62,074 nucleotides of DNA, filler included, from 4 parts of 4 records of this genome joined end to end with filler, not necessarily neighbours in it; one strand, 5' to 3'; shown: positions 18,031-28,708, numbered from the whole stretch's first letter. Notes: generated by a model from the sequence alone, not told the origin. Program-made: numbers and translations.

Positions 18031-20355
18031 GGCAAGATGGGCGCGCATGAGCTGAACTATAGTTCGGACATCGATATGATCGTGCTGTTTGATGAAACCC
18101 GATACGACCCGGATGATTTTTATGAGGCGCGCCAGTCGATGGTGCGCGCCACCCGAAACATGTGCGCTACGCTGAGCGATAAGACAGCCGATGGGTATGT
18201 GTTTCGCACCGATCTGCGTCTGCGCCCGGACCCTGCGGTCACACCGGTCTGCATGGCGATGGAAGCGGCCGAACGGTATTATGAAAGTCTGGGCCGGACA
18301 TGGGAACGCGCGGCTTACATCAAGGCGCGCCCCTGCGCCGGGGATATTGAGGCGGGGCATCGCTTTCTTAAGACGTTGAAGCCATTTGTGTGGCGGCGGC
18401 ATTTGGATTTTGCCGCCATTCAAGACGCCCATGATATGCGGCTGCGGATCCGAGAAAACAAAGGCACCGGTGGGGCACTGAACATTCCGGGTCACGATAT
18501 GAAACTGGGGCGGGGGGGCATTCGCGAAATCGAATTTTTCACCCAGACGCGGCAGTTGATTGCGGGCGGACGGGATCGGGATCTGCGTCTGCGTGGCACG
18601 GTCGAGGGGCTGGCGGCGCTGGCCTCTAAAGGGTGGGTGCCGGATGACGTTGCGGCGAAATTGAGTGACCACTATCGCGCCCATCGCGAGGTCGAGCATC
18701 GCATTCAGATGGTGCATGACGCCCAGACCCACAAGGTGCCCAAATCTGAGGAAGGCATAGAACGCATTGCCTGTTTGATGGGAGTGGATCGCCAAGAGCT
18801 GATGGCGGATCTGACCGAACGTCTGACCGAGGTGCACGAATTGACCGAAGGGTTCTTTGCCCCAGATGCCGGTCCTGTGGTCAAACCAGAGCCGATCAAG
18901 GTGGAATTTGACGCCTCTGTTTTGGCACGGTGGACAACGTACCCTGCGTTGCGATCCAGCCGAGGGGCGCAGATTTTTGAACGGTTGAAGCCTGAGTTGT
19001 TGTCGCGTTTGGCGCGGACGGCCAAACCTGAAGAGGCGCTGTTGGCGTTGGATGGGTTTTTGGCAGGTCTTCCGGCCGGGGTGCAGTTATTTTCCCTGTT
19101 CGAGGCCAACCCGCAATTGATTGATCTACTGATTGATATCGTTGGCACCTCGCATGCGCTGGCCAACCATCTGTCGCGCAATGCTTCGGTGTTTGACGCG
19201 GTGATCGGGGGGGCGTTTTTTGAGCCGTGGCAGGGTCTTGAGGCGTTGACCCAAGAGCTGAAAGAGTTGTTGGGTGCTGAAACCGATTACGAAACCCAAT
19301 TGGACACGGCGCGTCGGTGGACGAAAGAGTGGCATTTCCATATCGGGGTGCACCATCTGCGCGGATTGATCGACGCAGCAGATGCGGGGGCGCAGTATGC
19401 TGAACTGGCGCAAGCCGTGATCGATGCGATCCTGCCCATTGTCACCGATCAGTTCGCGCGTAAGCATGGGCCACCTCCCGGACGGGGGCTGGCTGTGCTT
19501 GGCATGGGGTCGTTGGGGGCGTCGCGGATCAATGCGATGTCTGATCTGGATATGATCGTGATCTATGATCCGCTGGATCAGGAAGGGTCGGAGGGTAAGC
19601 GCCCGCTGTCCACGCGCCCCTATTATGCGCGTCTGACGCAGGCGTTGATCACGGCACTAAGCGCGCCGATGTCTCAGGGGCGCTTATATGAAGTCGACAT
19701 GCGGCTGCGGCCCTCTGGCACCCAGGGGCCGGTGGCAACCAGTCTGGCCAGCTTTACCGCCTATCAGAGCGATCAGGCTTGGGTTTGGGAACATCTTGCG
19801 TTGACGAGGGCGCGGGTAGTCGCTGGTAATGCAGAGCTGGGTGACGATTTGGAACGTTTCCGCCAAGAAGTGTTGGCCAAGCCCAGAACGACCGGAAAGG
19901 TTCTGCGCGACGTTCAGGATATGCGCGACCGACTGTCGGCGGCAAAACACCCGGCAGGGGTGTTGGATGCCAAAACCGGGGCGGGGCGGATGATGGACAT
20001 CGAACTGGTCGCCCAAGCCGGTGCTTTGCTTGCAGGGCTTGCCGCACGGGATGTGCATGCGGGGCTGGCGGGGGCCGTCGCTGTTGGATGGTTGAATGTC
20101 GCGGACGCTCAAACGCTCAAGGACTGCTACGATCTATGCTGGTCTGTGCAAACTGCGGCGCGATTGCTGTCCGGCAAGGCGATTGAAGCAGATAAGATTG
20201 GCGAAGGTGGGGCCGCCTTTTTGTGCCGCACTACTGGGTATGACAAGATAGAAGACCTGCAAGCGGCGCTTGTGCAGAGCTATGACACCGCGGCAGCGGT
20301 GATCGCCAGGGTCATAGAGGAGGCCGCAGATGAACCAGACCAAGGACCCGATTGA
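18031..20355 (+). CDS. glnE: Glutamine synthetase adenylyltransferase, 5'-truncated
   Basis: GKMGAHELNYSSDID, FRTDLRLRPDP, KLGRGGIREIEF; second NT domain GSLGA..SDLD, YEVDMRLRPSG. Confidence 0.95.
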   Translation, partial: GKMGAHELNYSSDIDMIVLFDETRYDPDDFYEARQSMVRATRNMCATLSDKTADGYVFRTDLRLRPDPAVTPVCMAMEAAERYYESLGRTWERAAYIKARPCAGDIEAGHRFLKTLKPFVWRRHLDFAAIQDAHDMRLRIRENKGTGGALNIPGHDMKLGRGGIREIEFFTQTRQLIAGGRDRDLRLRGTVEGLAALASKGWVPDDVAAKLSDHYRAHREVEHRIQMVHDAQTHKVPKSEEGIERIACLMGVDRQELMADLTERLTEVHELTEGFFAPDAGPVVKPEPIKVEFDASVLARWTTYPALRSSRGAQIFERLKPELLSRLARTAKPEEALLALDGFLAGLPAGVQLFSLFEANPQLIDLLIDIVGTSHALANHLSRNASVFDAVIGGAFFEPWQGLEALTQELKELLGAETDYETQLDTARRWTKEWHFHIGVHHLRGLIDAADAGAQYAELAQAVIDAILPIVTDQFARKHGPPPGRGLAVLGMGSLGASRINAMSDLDMIVIYDPLDQEGSEGKRPLSTRPYYARLTQALITALSAPMSQGRLYEVDMRLRPSGTQGPVATSLASFTAYQSDQAWVWEHLALTRARVVAGNAELGDDLERFRQEVLAKPRTTGKVLRDVQDMRDRLSAAKHPAGVLDAKTGAGRMMDIELVAQAGALLAGLAARDVHAGLAGAVAVGWLNVADAQTLKDCYDLCWSVQTAARLLSGKAIEADKIGEGGAAFLCRTTGYDKIEDLQAALVQSYDTAAAVIARVIEEAADEPDQGPD

Positions 20356-20605
20356 TCCAAAGGGCCTCATGCTTGAGGCCTATCGGATCGAGGGAATCAA
20401 CGACTCTCAGTGCCGCAGCATATTCTTGGACTGGGCGCTGAGTCTGCCCGAAGGCGTACCCCAGCGCGATGCTATTGAAACACTGATTCAGCGCCATGCA
20501 GATGATGCGCCAGATCACCCGATGAGCGTTGTTTTAAAGGCTGGATTGACGACGATGACCGCCCCAAAGCGACGGGGTGGTTGGCGATCCCGTGAGCGCA
20601 ACTAG
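20330..20605 (+). CDS. Conserved hypothetical protein
   Basis: DPKGLMLEAYRIEGI...CRSIFLDWALS; SD GAGGAGG; overlaps glnE end. Confidence 0.75.
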   Translation: MNQTKDPIDPKGLMLEAYRIEGINDSQCRSIFLDWALSLPEGVPQRDAIETLIQRHADDAPDHPMSVVLKAGLTTMTAPKRRGGWRSRERN

Positions 20606-20731
20606 GACGCGAAAAAGGAAATCACCGCTAAATCGAGCGGAAATTGTCTAAAAGTTGCCCCAATTGGGCGGCAAACCTTGGATGTCAAAACAACGGGAAT
20701 GCGTCTCGGGGTTTGTTCAAGGAGAGAGACA

Positions 20732-21520
20732 ATGAAATCCATGCAAAAGATCCTACTTGCGGGTTTGGGGCTGGCTGTCTCGGCATGTACCGCCGTAGAC
20801 GTGCCAACCCGGAACGTTCCATTCGAGCAATTGCCAACATCGGCTGTATCCGCCCCTGTGGGATACCAATCCACAGAAGTGGGCCGGGCTTCGATTGATG
20901 CCACCTCTTTGGCGCCGATCTCGAGCGCCTCAGCCACTGCCAATGCAGCACCAGCGCAAAGCGGAGCCACAGCATTGGCCGCGCCTTTGCAATTACACCC
21001 GGGTCATGCGCCGGTAACGGTCAAATCCGTTTCGGTTTATGTGCCGCGTTCGCTAAAGGTGTCCGAGGCCAACCGGTACCTGCCACGTGGTGACATTGTC
21101 TGGCGCGAAGATCCAATCGGCGACCGTCACGCTCAGGTTCAGAAAATTGTTCAGGATGCTCTGTCAAAAGGGGTTGCTGGGTTGAATGGTCCAGTCGAAG
21201 TGAACTTGGCTGTTAATCTGGTTCGGTTCCATGCGTTGACCGAAAAGGCGCGTTACACCACGGGTGGCGTTCATTCGATCACCTTTGATCTGGCGCTGGT
21301 TGATCCAAAAACCGGTGAATTGCTGACAGAGCCCCGCCAAGTGCGCGCAGATCTGGATGCTTTTGGTGGCCAGCAGGCAATCAACGCGGTTGCCCATGGT
21401 CAGACCCAAAAAGTGCGCATTTCGAACCACTTGACCGAAGTGATCCGGCAGGAGCTGAGCAAGCCCGAGGGCTATGAAAATGCAAGTCTTGGCTTTTACC
21501 AGGTTTTGAATAACCTCTGA
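20732..21520 (+). CDS. Lipoprotein (DUF6778-like)
   Basis: Lipobox LAVSA-C; VSEANRYLPRGDIVWREDP, RFHALTEKARY; SD AAGGAG. Confidence 0.78.
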   Translation: MKSMQKILLAGLGLAVSACTAVDVPTRNVPFEQLPTSAVSAPVGYQSTEVGRASIDATSLAPISSASATANAAPAQSGATALAAPLQLHPGHAPVTVKSVSVYVPRSLKVSEANRYLPRGDIVWREDPIGDRHAQVQKIVQDALSKGVAGLNGPVEVNLAVNLVRFHALTEKARYTTGGVHSITFDLALVDPKTGELLTEPRQVRADLDAFGGQQAINAVAHGQTQKVRISNHLTEVIRQELSKPEGYENASLGFYQVLNNL

Positions 21521-21558
21521 GCCTTTCGCACAGCTGAGAATTTCCGTATGAGGGCGCT

Positions 21559-22770
21559 ATGACAGCGCCCTCATCTTCTTTTGCCCGCCCCACCGTTCGC
21601 ATGAAACCGAAAACCAATGCGCGTGCCGTGCGCTATGGTGCCCCTTGGGTTTATGCCAATGAAATCGTCACCGACCGCCGGACCAAAAATATTCCGGCTG
21701 GCGCATTGGCCGTGCTCGAGGATGAAAACCGCGCACTGTTGGGATTGGTGGCCTTTAACCCCGATTCCAAAATTATGTGCCGAATGCTGGATCGTAATCC
21801 CGAGGCCGAGCTGAATGTGGCGTGGTTTCAGACCCGCCTGCAGCGGGCGCTTGAGATGCGTGAACGGCTGTTTGATGCACCGTTCTATCGCTTGGTTCAT
21901 GCGGAATCCGACGGATTTCCCGGTGTGATCATCGACCGCTTTGGGGACGCCTGCGTGGTTCAGCCGAATGCGGCTTGGGCCGAAGTGCACCTAGAGGCGC
22001 TGACCGAAGCTTTGGTCGCGGTCACCGGGGTGACAACGGTTCTGAAAAATGCCTCGGGTCGGACCCGTGGGTTGGAAGGTCTGGATGACGTCAATGCGGT
22101 TCTGGTCGGCAGCGCGCCTGACGCCCCTGTGCCGGTGCCGATGAATGGTGCGACCTATATGGCCGACCTGACAGGTGGTCAGAAAACCGGCCTGTTTTAT
22201 GACCAGCGTCCGAACCACGCCTTTGCTGCGCGGTTGGTCGCGCCGGGTGCGCGGGTATTGGATGTGTTTTCCCATGTGGGCGGTTTTGGTTTGGCAATGC
22301 TGGCGAATGGAGCGGCCGAGGCGATTGCGGTTGACGGCTCTGCGCCAGCGCTTGCATTGGCTGCGCAGGGGGCTGAGGCGTCGGGCGTTGGCGATCGGTT
22401 TGCCACGCGTCAAGGTGATGCATTTGATGTGTTGTCTGCTTTGTCCGCTGAGGGCGAGACATTTGATGTGGTCATTTGTGATCCGCCTGCCTTTGCGCCT
22501 TCGAAACAGGCGCTTGAGGCTGGTTTGCGCGCCTATGAGCGGGTTGCACGTCTGTCGGCACAGTTGGTCAAGCCGGGTGGTTATCTGGGGCTGTGTTCCT
22601 GTTCTCATGCGGCGGACCTGAGCAAGTTCCGCACGGCGTCGGCGCGTGGCATTGGACGGGCTGGTAGGTCGGCGCAATTGCTGCACACCGGATATGCAGG
22701 CGCGGATCACCCGCAATTGCCGCAACTGGCCGAGAGCGGATACCTTAAAGCGGTGTTTTTCCGACTGTGA
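21559..22770 (+). CDS. RlmI-like SAM-dependent RNA methyltransferase (RSP_2647-like)
   Basis: PUA-like PWVYANEI, GQKTGLFYDQR, VLDVFSHVGGF, DPPAF, CSCS, YLK. Confidence 0.88.
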   Translation: MTAPSSSFARPTVRMKPKTNARAVRYGAPWVYANEIVTDRRTKNIPAGALAVLEDENRALLGLVAFNPDSKIMCRMLDRNPEAELNVAWFQTRLQRALEMRERLFDAPFYRLVHAESDGFPGVIIDRFGDACVVQPNAAWAEVHLEALTEALVAVTGVTTVLKNASGRTRGLEGLDDVNAVLVGSAPDAPVPVPMNGATYMADLTGGQKTGLFYDQRPNHAFAARLVAPGARVLDVFSHVGGFGLAMLANGAAEAIAVDGSAPALALAAQGAEASGVGDRFATRQGDAFDVLSALSAEGETFDVVICDPPAFAPSKQALEAGLRAYERVARLSAQLVKPGGYLGLCSCSHAADLSKFRTASARGIGRAGRSAQLLHTGYAGADHPQLPQLAESGYLKAVFFRL

Positions 22771-23306
22771 AGGTTGTTCTGGATACCTGCGTTCTGTTTC
22801 CGACGGTGATGCGCGAAATGCTGATGGGGGTGGCCGGTTTGGGCCACTTTACTCCGCTTTGGTCAACGCGGATCTTGGGGGAATGGGCGCGGGCAGCTGT
22901 TAAGCTAGGTCCTACTGGAACGATTCAGGCCGAGGCTGAGATTGCCTTGCTGCGTTCGGCTTGGCCTGCGGCTGAATTGCCGCCAGCCCCCGGGGTTGAG
23001 GCGCGGCTGTGGTTGCCGGACCCGGCGGATGTGCATGTTCTGGCAACGGCGATTTCGGGTTCTGCTGATCTGATCGTCACCCTGAACGCCAAGGATTTTC
23101 CCCGTCGCACCCTGTCTGAGGAAGGGTTGGATCGCATTGATCCCGATACCTTCCTTTGCAATTTTTGGCGTGACGACCCTATTGGCGTTGCCGCTGTCGG
23201 TGAAAAAGTGCTGGCCGAGGCGTGCCGATTGTCGGGGGATGCGTGGGATATGCGCCCGCTTTTGAAAAAGGCGCGCTTGCCACGACTGGCTAAGGCACTG
23301 GGTTAA
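22767..23306 (+). CDS. PIN-domain protein (RSP_2648-like)
   Basis: VVLDTCVL, LPDPADVHVLATA, IVTLNAKDF; GTGA overlap with methyltransferase. Confidence 0.85.
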   Translation: MKVVLDTCVLFPTVMREMLMGVAGLGHFTPLWSTRILGEWARAAVKLGPTGTIQAEAEIALLRSAWPAAELPPAPGVEARLWLPDPADVHVLATAISGSADLIVTLNAKDFPRRTLSEEGLDRIDPDTFLCNFWRDDPIGVAAVGEKVLAEACRLSGDAWDMRPLLKKARLPRLAKALG

Positions 23307-23657
23307 CCCTGCGTCTGCCACCGGGTTTCGAGGGTCTCCAAAGCGGCAATCCGTTCAGCGGTTTTGGGGTGGCTCATCAACCATGCAGGCGAAACACCGG
23401 CCCGACTTTGGGTCAGCTCTTCGAGTTTTAGGAACAGGCTCTTTTGTGGAGCGATGCCGATCCCGGCTTTGGTCAGCAAGGCGGCGGCATATTCGTCGGC
23501 CTCATATTCGTCCCCGCGGGACAGGCGCGCCATCAATAGCGAGGCGGTCATGTTGGCGATCCACACTCCGATAAAAGGAATGTAGCGTCCCAGAACCATT
23601 GCCAAGGCGGTGCGTAGGGCGTTCTGGCCGGAAAAGTCGATCATGCGGCGGCGCGAA
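23303..23657 (-). CDS. M48 metallopeptidase, C-terminal fragment
   Basis: SRGDEYEADEYA, WLMSHPKTAERI. Confidence 0.8.
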
Positions 23658-23757
23658 NNNNNNNNNNNNNNNNNNNNNNNNNNNNNNNNNNNNNNNNNNN
23701 NTTAATTAATTAANNNNNNNNNNNNNNNNNNNNNNNNNNNNNNNNNNNNNNNNNNNN
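23658..23757. other. Artificial contig linker
   Basis: N-TTAATTAATTAA-N. Confidence 0.98.
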
Positions 23758-24318
23758 AAAGCAGTTGTCTTCGATGATGGTTGGGCCGGCCTGCATGGGC
23801 TCAAGAACGCCACCGATGCCGACGCCACCCGAAAGGTGCACGTTTTTACCGATCTGCGCGCAGGAGCCAACGGTCGCCCATGTGTCAACCATGGTGCCTG
23901 TGTCGACATACGCGCCGAGGTTCACGAACGACGGCATCAGAACCACGCCGGGCGCGATATAAGCAGATTTACGGACAACGCAGTTTGGAACGGCGCGGAA
24001 CCCGGCCTCTTTCCACTGCTCGTCGCCCCAGCCGAGGAACTTGGAATCAACTTTGTCCCACCAGCCGCCGCCCTGTGGGCCGCCGGACTGCTGTTCCATG
24101 TCTTTGATGCGGAAGCCAAGCAGAACTGCTTTTTTGGCCCACTGGTTGACGTGCCAGCTGCCGTCGTCCTGTTTTTCCGCCACACGCAGGGTGCCGCTGT
24201 CCAGCGCCGCCAGCGTGGATTCAATCGCGTCGCGCTGTTCGCCGGTGGTTGCGGGCGTGATCGCGTCACGTGCCTCCCAAGCGGCTTCGATGGCGGTTTC
24301 GAGTTGTGCATTCGACAT
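23758..24318 (-). CDS. dapD: Tetrahydrodipicolinate N-succinyltransferase, 3'-truncated
   Basis: [48 protein letters not shown]. Confidence 0.96.
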
Positions 24319-24417
24319 GGATCAGCTCCCTAAAACTCTGGTCGTGTTGGAATGGCCTATAAGGCGCGCGGGGCCAATGCGCAATCCGACGCACGACCCG
24401 CGATTTGCGTCGTTTCC

Positions 24418-25335
24418 TTAGCCTGCGAAGGGATCAGGGGCGATATTGCCGCCACACACCAGCACAGCGACCCGTTCGCCGGGTTCCGGCACATAGGCCC
24501 CGGACATCAACGCGGCCAGCGCGGTGGCCCCAGCGGGTTCGACCAGTTGCCGCCGTTCCTGCCACAGGGCGTGTTGGGCGGCGGTTATGGCTGTATCGCT
24601 GACCAGCACCGAGTCCATCCCCTGAGCCAGCTCAAAACAGATGTCCCCGATCCGACGCGCACCCAGTGCATTGGCCGCCACGCCCGAGACATCCACATCA
24701 ACCGGCTGCCCAGCGGCAAGGGCGGCGTTGAGTGCACGGGAAGTTTCGGGTTCAACGGCGACCACCTTGCGTGCGCCTTGGAACCACGCCAGCGCCCCGG
24801 CGATCAGGCCACCGCCGCCCACCGCGACCAAAACGGTATCGGCTTGCAGGCCCTGGGCTTCCCACTCGGCAAAGCAGGTGCCTTGGCCCGCGACGGTGCC
24901 GGGGGCGTCATAGGCGTGGATTTGCATCGCGCCAGTTTCGATTTCATAGGTTTTGGCCAGCGTGAGCGCATTGGCGTATTCGCCGGGTACAACAGTCAAG
25001 TCTGCACCGATCCCTTGTATAAGAGAGATTTTGGAGGGGCCTGCCATTTCGGGGACAAAGATCGCGGCCTTGTGGCCGAGCGCCTTGGCGGCAAAGGCCA
25101 CCGCAGCGCCGTGGTTCCCACCCGAGGCGGCGACCAGTCCGGCAGGAGGGACATCGCAGCTAAGCAAGGTATTGAACGCACCGCGGGCTTTGAAGCTGCC
25201 GGTGTGTTGCATGTGCTCTAGTTTCAGCTCGATCGGGTAGCCCAGACCAAACCCGTCTGTGGTCAGGGTTGGGGTTTGGTGTGCATGGCCTGCGATTCGC
25301 TTTGCCGCTGCCTCTATTTCTGCCTTCCACTGCAT
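24418..25335 (-). CDS. Threonine/serine dehydratase (PLP)
   Basis: LKLEHMQHTGSFKARGA, SGGNHG, VGGGGL, VEPAGA, CGGN. Confidence 0.88.
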   Translation of the reverse strand: MQWKAEIEAAAKRIAGHAHQTPTLTTDGFGLGYPIELKLEHMQHTGSFKARGAFNTLLSCDVPPAGLVAASGGNHGAAVAFAAKALGHKAAIFVPEMAGPSKISLIQGIGADLTVVPGEYANALTLAKTYEIETGAMQIHAYDAPGTVAGQGTCFAEWEAQGLQADTVLVAVGGGGLIAGALAWFQGARKVVAVEPETSRALNAALAAGQPVDVDVSGVAANALGARRIGDICFELAQGMDSVLVSDTAITAAQHALWQERRQLVEPAGATALAALMSGAYVPEPGERVAVLVCGGNIAPDPFAG

Positions 25336-25415
25336 CGTCGCGTTCCTGTCACTGGTGTTGCAACGGCGAACCCTATAGCTGTTTGAAAAACACGCAAGCA
25401 GGGAACCCCCGAGCA

Positions 25416-26258
25416 ATGAAAGAAGACCGCCTGAGCCCCTTCCGCGATGCGGGCACTGACCGTTCAACCGCCCGCGACGTTCCAGATACGCCGCAAACCC
25501 GTTCACCAGCTTACAAGCTGGCCTTTGCGGACGAGGATTTCCTTTGCCGAGATGAATTGCGCCCGGTGCGCCTGCAGTTGGAGCTGCTGAAGCCCGAGCT
25601 GATGATGGCAGAGCAGGGAATCGCGTCAACAATTGTGATGTTTGGGGGCGCGCGCATTCCGGAGCCGTCTCAAAAGCATACGGCGCGGACGCAGACGCTT
25701 GCGGATCTGTCGCAATATTACGACGAAGCCCGCGAATTTGCGCGGCTGATGACGGAAAAATCCAAAGAGACCGGATGCCGGGACAACGTCATTGTCACCG
25801 GGGGTGGGCCCGGTGTGATGGAGGCGGGCAATCGTGGAGCGGTGGATGCGGGGGGCTGTTCGATAGGCTTGAACATCGTGCTACCGCATGAGCAGGCACC
25901 AAATTTATATGTCTCGCCCGAACTCAGCTTTAACTTTCACTACTTCGCGATTCGCAAGATGCACTTCTTGATGCGGGCGCGCGCGATCACCGTCTTTCCG
26001 GGCGGCTTTGGCACCTTGGATGAGATGTTCGAAGCGCTGACCCTGATTCAGACCGGCCGCATGGATCGGGTGCCGTTCCTGCTGTTTGGGCGCGCATTCT
26101 GGGAAAAAGTTGTCAATTGGGAGGCTTTGGCCGACGCAGGCACGATTTCCGAGCAGGATTTGGATCTGTTCCGGTTTGTGGACACCGCGCAAGAGGCGGT
26201 TGATCTGATCGAAAACTGGGGTCCGGCGCCGGCGCGCGAGGATATTCCGGGGCGCTGA
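25416..26258 (+). CDS. LOG family protein (nucleotide phosphoribohydrolase-like)
   Basis: TGGGPGVMEAGNRGA, FAIRKMHF, PGGFGTLDE. Confidence 0.9.
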   Translation: MKEDRLSPFRDAGTDRSTARDVPDTPQTRSPAYKLAFADEDFLCRDELRPVRLQLELLKPELMMAEQGIASTIVMFGGARIPEPSQKHTARTQTLADLSQYYDEAREFARLMTEKSKETGCRDNVIVTGGGPGVMEAGNRGAVDAGGCSIGLNIVLPHEQAPNLYVSPELSFNFHYFAIRKMHFLMRARAITVFPGGFGTLDEMFEALTLIQTGRMDRVPFLLFGRAFWEKVVNWEALADAGTISEQDLDLFRFVDTAQEAVDLIENWGPAPAREDIPGR

Positions 26259-26321
26259 CGCGCTGAAATAGGGAAAATGTGCTACACTCGGCCCCACCAT
26301 AGCTAATCAAGGGAGGGGTCG

Positions 26322-26609
26322 ATGTCTTATGTTACTGTGTCCACTTGGGCTTATGATGAAACGCTGGATGAGGCCGCACTGGTCGAAAGCGCTCAGGAAA
26401 AGATCAGCCAGATCAAGGCGATGGGGGCCAGTGGCGGATATCTGGTCCGGGTCAGCCCGAACGAGGGCATGATCGTGATGATCTATCCGGACGAAGGTAT
26501 CTGGAATCGGGTGCGCGATACGGTTTTGCACATGCGCGCCGAAACCCGACCTGAGATTGGTGGCACCCCCACGGGTGCCATGCACGGTCCGGCTGTTGTG
26601 TCTGTCTGA
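26322..26609 (+). CDS. Hypothetical protein (95 aa)
   Basis: SD GGGAGG; candidate extended -10 TGCTACACT upstream; coding-like composition. Confidence 0.7.
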   Translation: MSYVTVSTWAYDETLDEAALVESAQEKISQIKAMGASGGYLVRVSPNEGMIVMIYPDEGIWNRVRDTVLHMRAETRPEIGGTPTGAMHGPAVVSV

Positions 26610-26700
26610 CGTATTAATGCGCTGAAATCTATTGGCTCTCGGGGATCCAAAGGCGTGAAAATTGCACGCCTGTTGGAGGATCTCTGAGAGGAAAAAGAGA

Positions 26701-26910
26701 TCAGTTCAGTGTTGCAGGCAGAACACCCAGTTCGGTGCCTTGGGGCAATTTGGTCACGACCTGCGCGCCTTGCACGTCTTTGATACCATAGCCGAATCCA
26801 GCCAGACGGAATTTCCATTCGCGGGCGCTGAGGGCTTTGGAACGTTCTTCTTGCAGCAAGTCCAACAGTCCGCCTTCGATCATAGTGCCGCCGATATCTG
26901 CATGTGCCAT
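26701..26910 (-). CDS. Small hypothetical protein
   Basis: ERSKALSAREWKFRLAGFGYGIKD; SD GAGGA upstream. Confidence 0.7.
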   Translation of the reverse strand: MAHADIGGTMIEGGLLDLLQEERSKALSAREWKFRLAGFGYGIKDVQGAQVVTKLPQGTELGVLPATLN

Positions 26911-27066
26911 TTTGTTTTCCTCTCAATGTTTGTTTCTCATTTGGAAACTGACTGTTGATCGGGGCGGAAATTTACCGGAATTGTGGAAAATTTGAGGCAA
27001 GCGGGATGCTATGCCTGCGCCGCTTGGGCTGATATGGGTCTGCGCAACACACATCGAGAGGGTCAC

Positions 27067-28182
27067 ATGGATACGCCTAAACATACGCAGCCAAATCTGG
27101 GCGAGATGCTACACCTACGCGGCAATGCGTTGTCTAAGGGTGAACCGATTGCCCTGCCTTTGGTGCAGAGCAGCATGTTCCATCTCCCTGGAATGCCAGA
27201 GGATTATTCCAATTACGGGCGTGTTCACAATCCGACATGGGCGCAGTTGGAACATGTCTTGGCGCATCTCGAAGGCGCGCCTTGTCTTGCGTTTCCTTCG
27301 GGCATGAGTGCGATTTCGGCGGCCTTGTTTGCCACGTTGAAGGCGGGGCATCGGGTGTTGGTGCCGTCGGATGGATATTATGTGACGCGATTGTTGGCGG
27401 CGCAGTTTCTAGCGCAGTTGGGTGTGGAAGTGATTGAACGGCCCACACTGGGATTCGCAGAGGGTGGTTTCGAAGGAATCGATGTGGTGTTCATCGAAAG
27501 CCCGTCGAACCCCGGTTTGGATGTGATTGATTTGCGCGCTGTAGCGGCTGCTGTGCGGGCCGCTGGCGGCATCAGCATTGTGGATAATACCACCCTGACG
27601 CCCTTGGGGCAGCGACCCTTGGATTTGGGTGTTGATATCGTTGTTGCCTCGGACACCAAAGCGATGGGCGGGCATTCGGATGTTTTGATGGGCCACGTCG
27701 CGACGCGTGACCCGCACATTCTGCAACGAGTCGAGGATTGGCGCAAGATTTCAGGCAGCATCCCCGGTCCGCACGCCAGTTGGTTGTTGCACCGGGGCTT
27801 GGAAACGCTGGATGTGCGGTTTGACCGGATGTGCAGCTCGGCGCAGGTGATCGCGGAACGGTTGGCTGCGCACCCTGCGATCAAGCAAATTCGGTTCCCC
27901 GGTTTGCCGGGTGATGCGTCCCATGCCCTGTCCAAGGCGCAGACGTTGCGGTTTGGGTTCCTGATTTCGGTCACGTTGGAGAGCGAGGCGCAGGCGGACA
28001 CGTTTATCAACACTTGCCCATTGATTCGCCCGGCCACGTCGTTTGGGGGCGTTCATACCTCGGCCGAGCGGCGCGCACGGTGGGGCGACGCGGTTGACCC
28101 GGCATTTGTACGTTTGTCTGTGGGGTGCGAACCTGTCGAAGAGCTGTGGCAGGCCATCGATCAAGCGCTGAACGCGCTTTGA
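27067..28182 (+). CDS. Cystathionine gamma-lyase-like PLP enzyme
   Basis: YGRVHNPTW, FPSGMSA, ESPSNP, VDNT, SDTK PLP lysine, TSFGG, RLSVGCE. Confidence 0.88.
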   Translation: MDTPKHTQPNLGEMLHLRGNALSKGEPIALPLVQSSMFHLPGMPEDYSNYGRVHNPTWAQLEHVLAHLEGAPCLAFPSGMSAISAALFATLKAGHRVLVPSDGYYVTRLLAAQFLAQLGVEVIERPTLGFAEGGFEGIDVVFIESPSNPGLDVIDLRAVAAAVRAAGGISIVDNTTLTPLGQRPLDLGVDIVVASDTKAMGGHSDVLMGHVATRDPHILQRVEDWRKISGSIPGPHASWLLHRGLETLDVRFDRMCSSAQVIAERLAAHPAIKQIRFPGLPGDASHALSKAQTLRFGFLISVTLESEAQADTFINTCPLIRPATSFGGVHTSAERRARWGDAVDPAFVRLSVGCEPVEELWQAIDQALNAL

Positions 28183-28194
28183 GGTCATTCTTTT

Positions 28195-28229
28195 GCCTGA
28201 ACCGCAACGCATTTAGGTGCGGTTCAGGC
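28195..28229. terminator. Hairpin between convergent genes
   Basis: GCCTGAACCGCA / TGCGGTTCAGGC 12-bp inverted repeat. Confidence 0.55.
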
Positions 28230-28241
28230 TGACGCTTTGGG

Positions 28242-28628
28242 TTACTTTTTCTTCTGTTCGCGCAGTTCTTTGAACAGGAACATCGGGATGACGATGGCGG
28301 CGATTAGCGCGCCCAGCCAGACCAGCAAGGTCGCGGCCAACAGGTTCGACACGCCGCCAACGGTTAGGCCCGAGGCGATCATATCCGTAACCAACAGGCC
28401 AACAAAGGTTACAACCAGTGCCATTCCGCCCTTGAGAGCCGGCACGTTTTTCTCGCTGACTTTGGTCAACAGCGGTTCGGCGATCACCTGAACCAGTGTG
28501 AACACAACCACCACAACGATCATGGACAAGGGCGCAATCGCAAACCCATCCAGCAAGAGCGCGGCCAGCAGCAGGCCAACCGCGTTACCGATCAAGAGCG
28601 CGACAATCGACAGGATACGTCGGGACAT
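28242..28628 (-). CDS. 4-TM membrane protein (holin-4-like / YvlD-like family)
   Basis: Four hydrophobic segments, GNAVGLLLAA, basic C-terminus. Confidence 0.65.
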   Translation of the reverse strand: MSRRILSIVALLIGNAVGLLLAALLLDGFAIAPLSMIVVVVVFTLVQVIAEPLLTKVSEKNVPALKGGMALVVTFVGLLVTDMIASGLTVGGVSNLLAATLLVWLGALIAAIVIPMFLFKELREQKKK

Positions 28629-28708
28629 AGGATCAATTCCTTACATTCAAATCTAAGAGATATTGAATGCAACCTTAGCCCGAGTTTTCGTCGATTTCAT
28701 CCAGAAAA

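Noticed and set aside
22767-23306. PIN protein as VapBC toxin or defence system
   Set aside because: No antitoxin; coupled to a methyltransferase in a housekeeping context
28242-28628. Holin-like protein as prophage evidence
   Set aside because: No endolysin, integrase or structural genes nearby; the family is common as a host membrane protein
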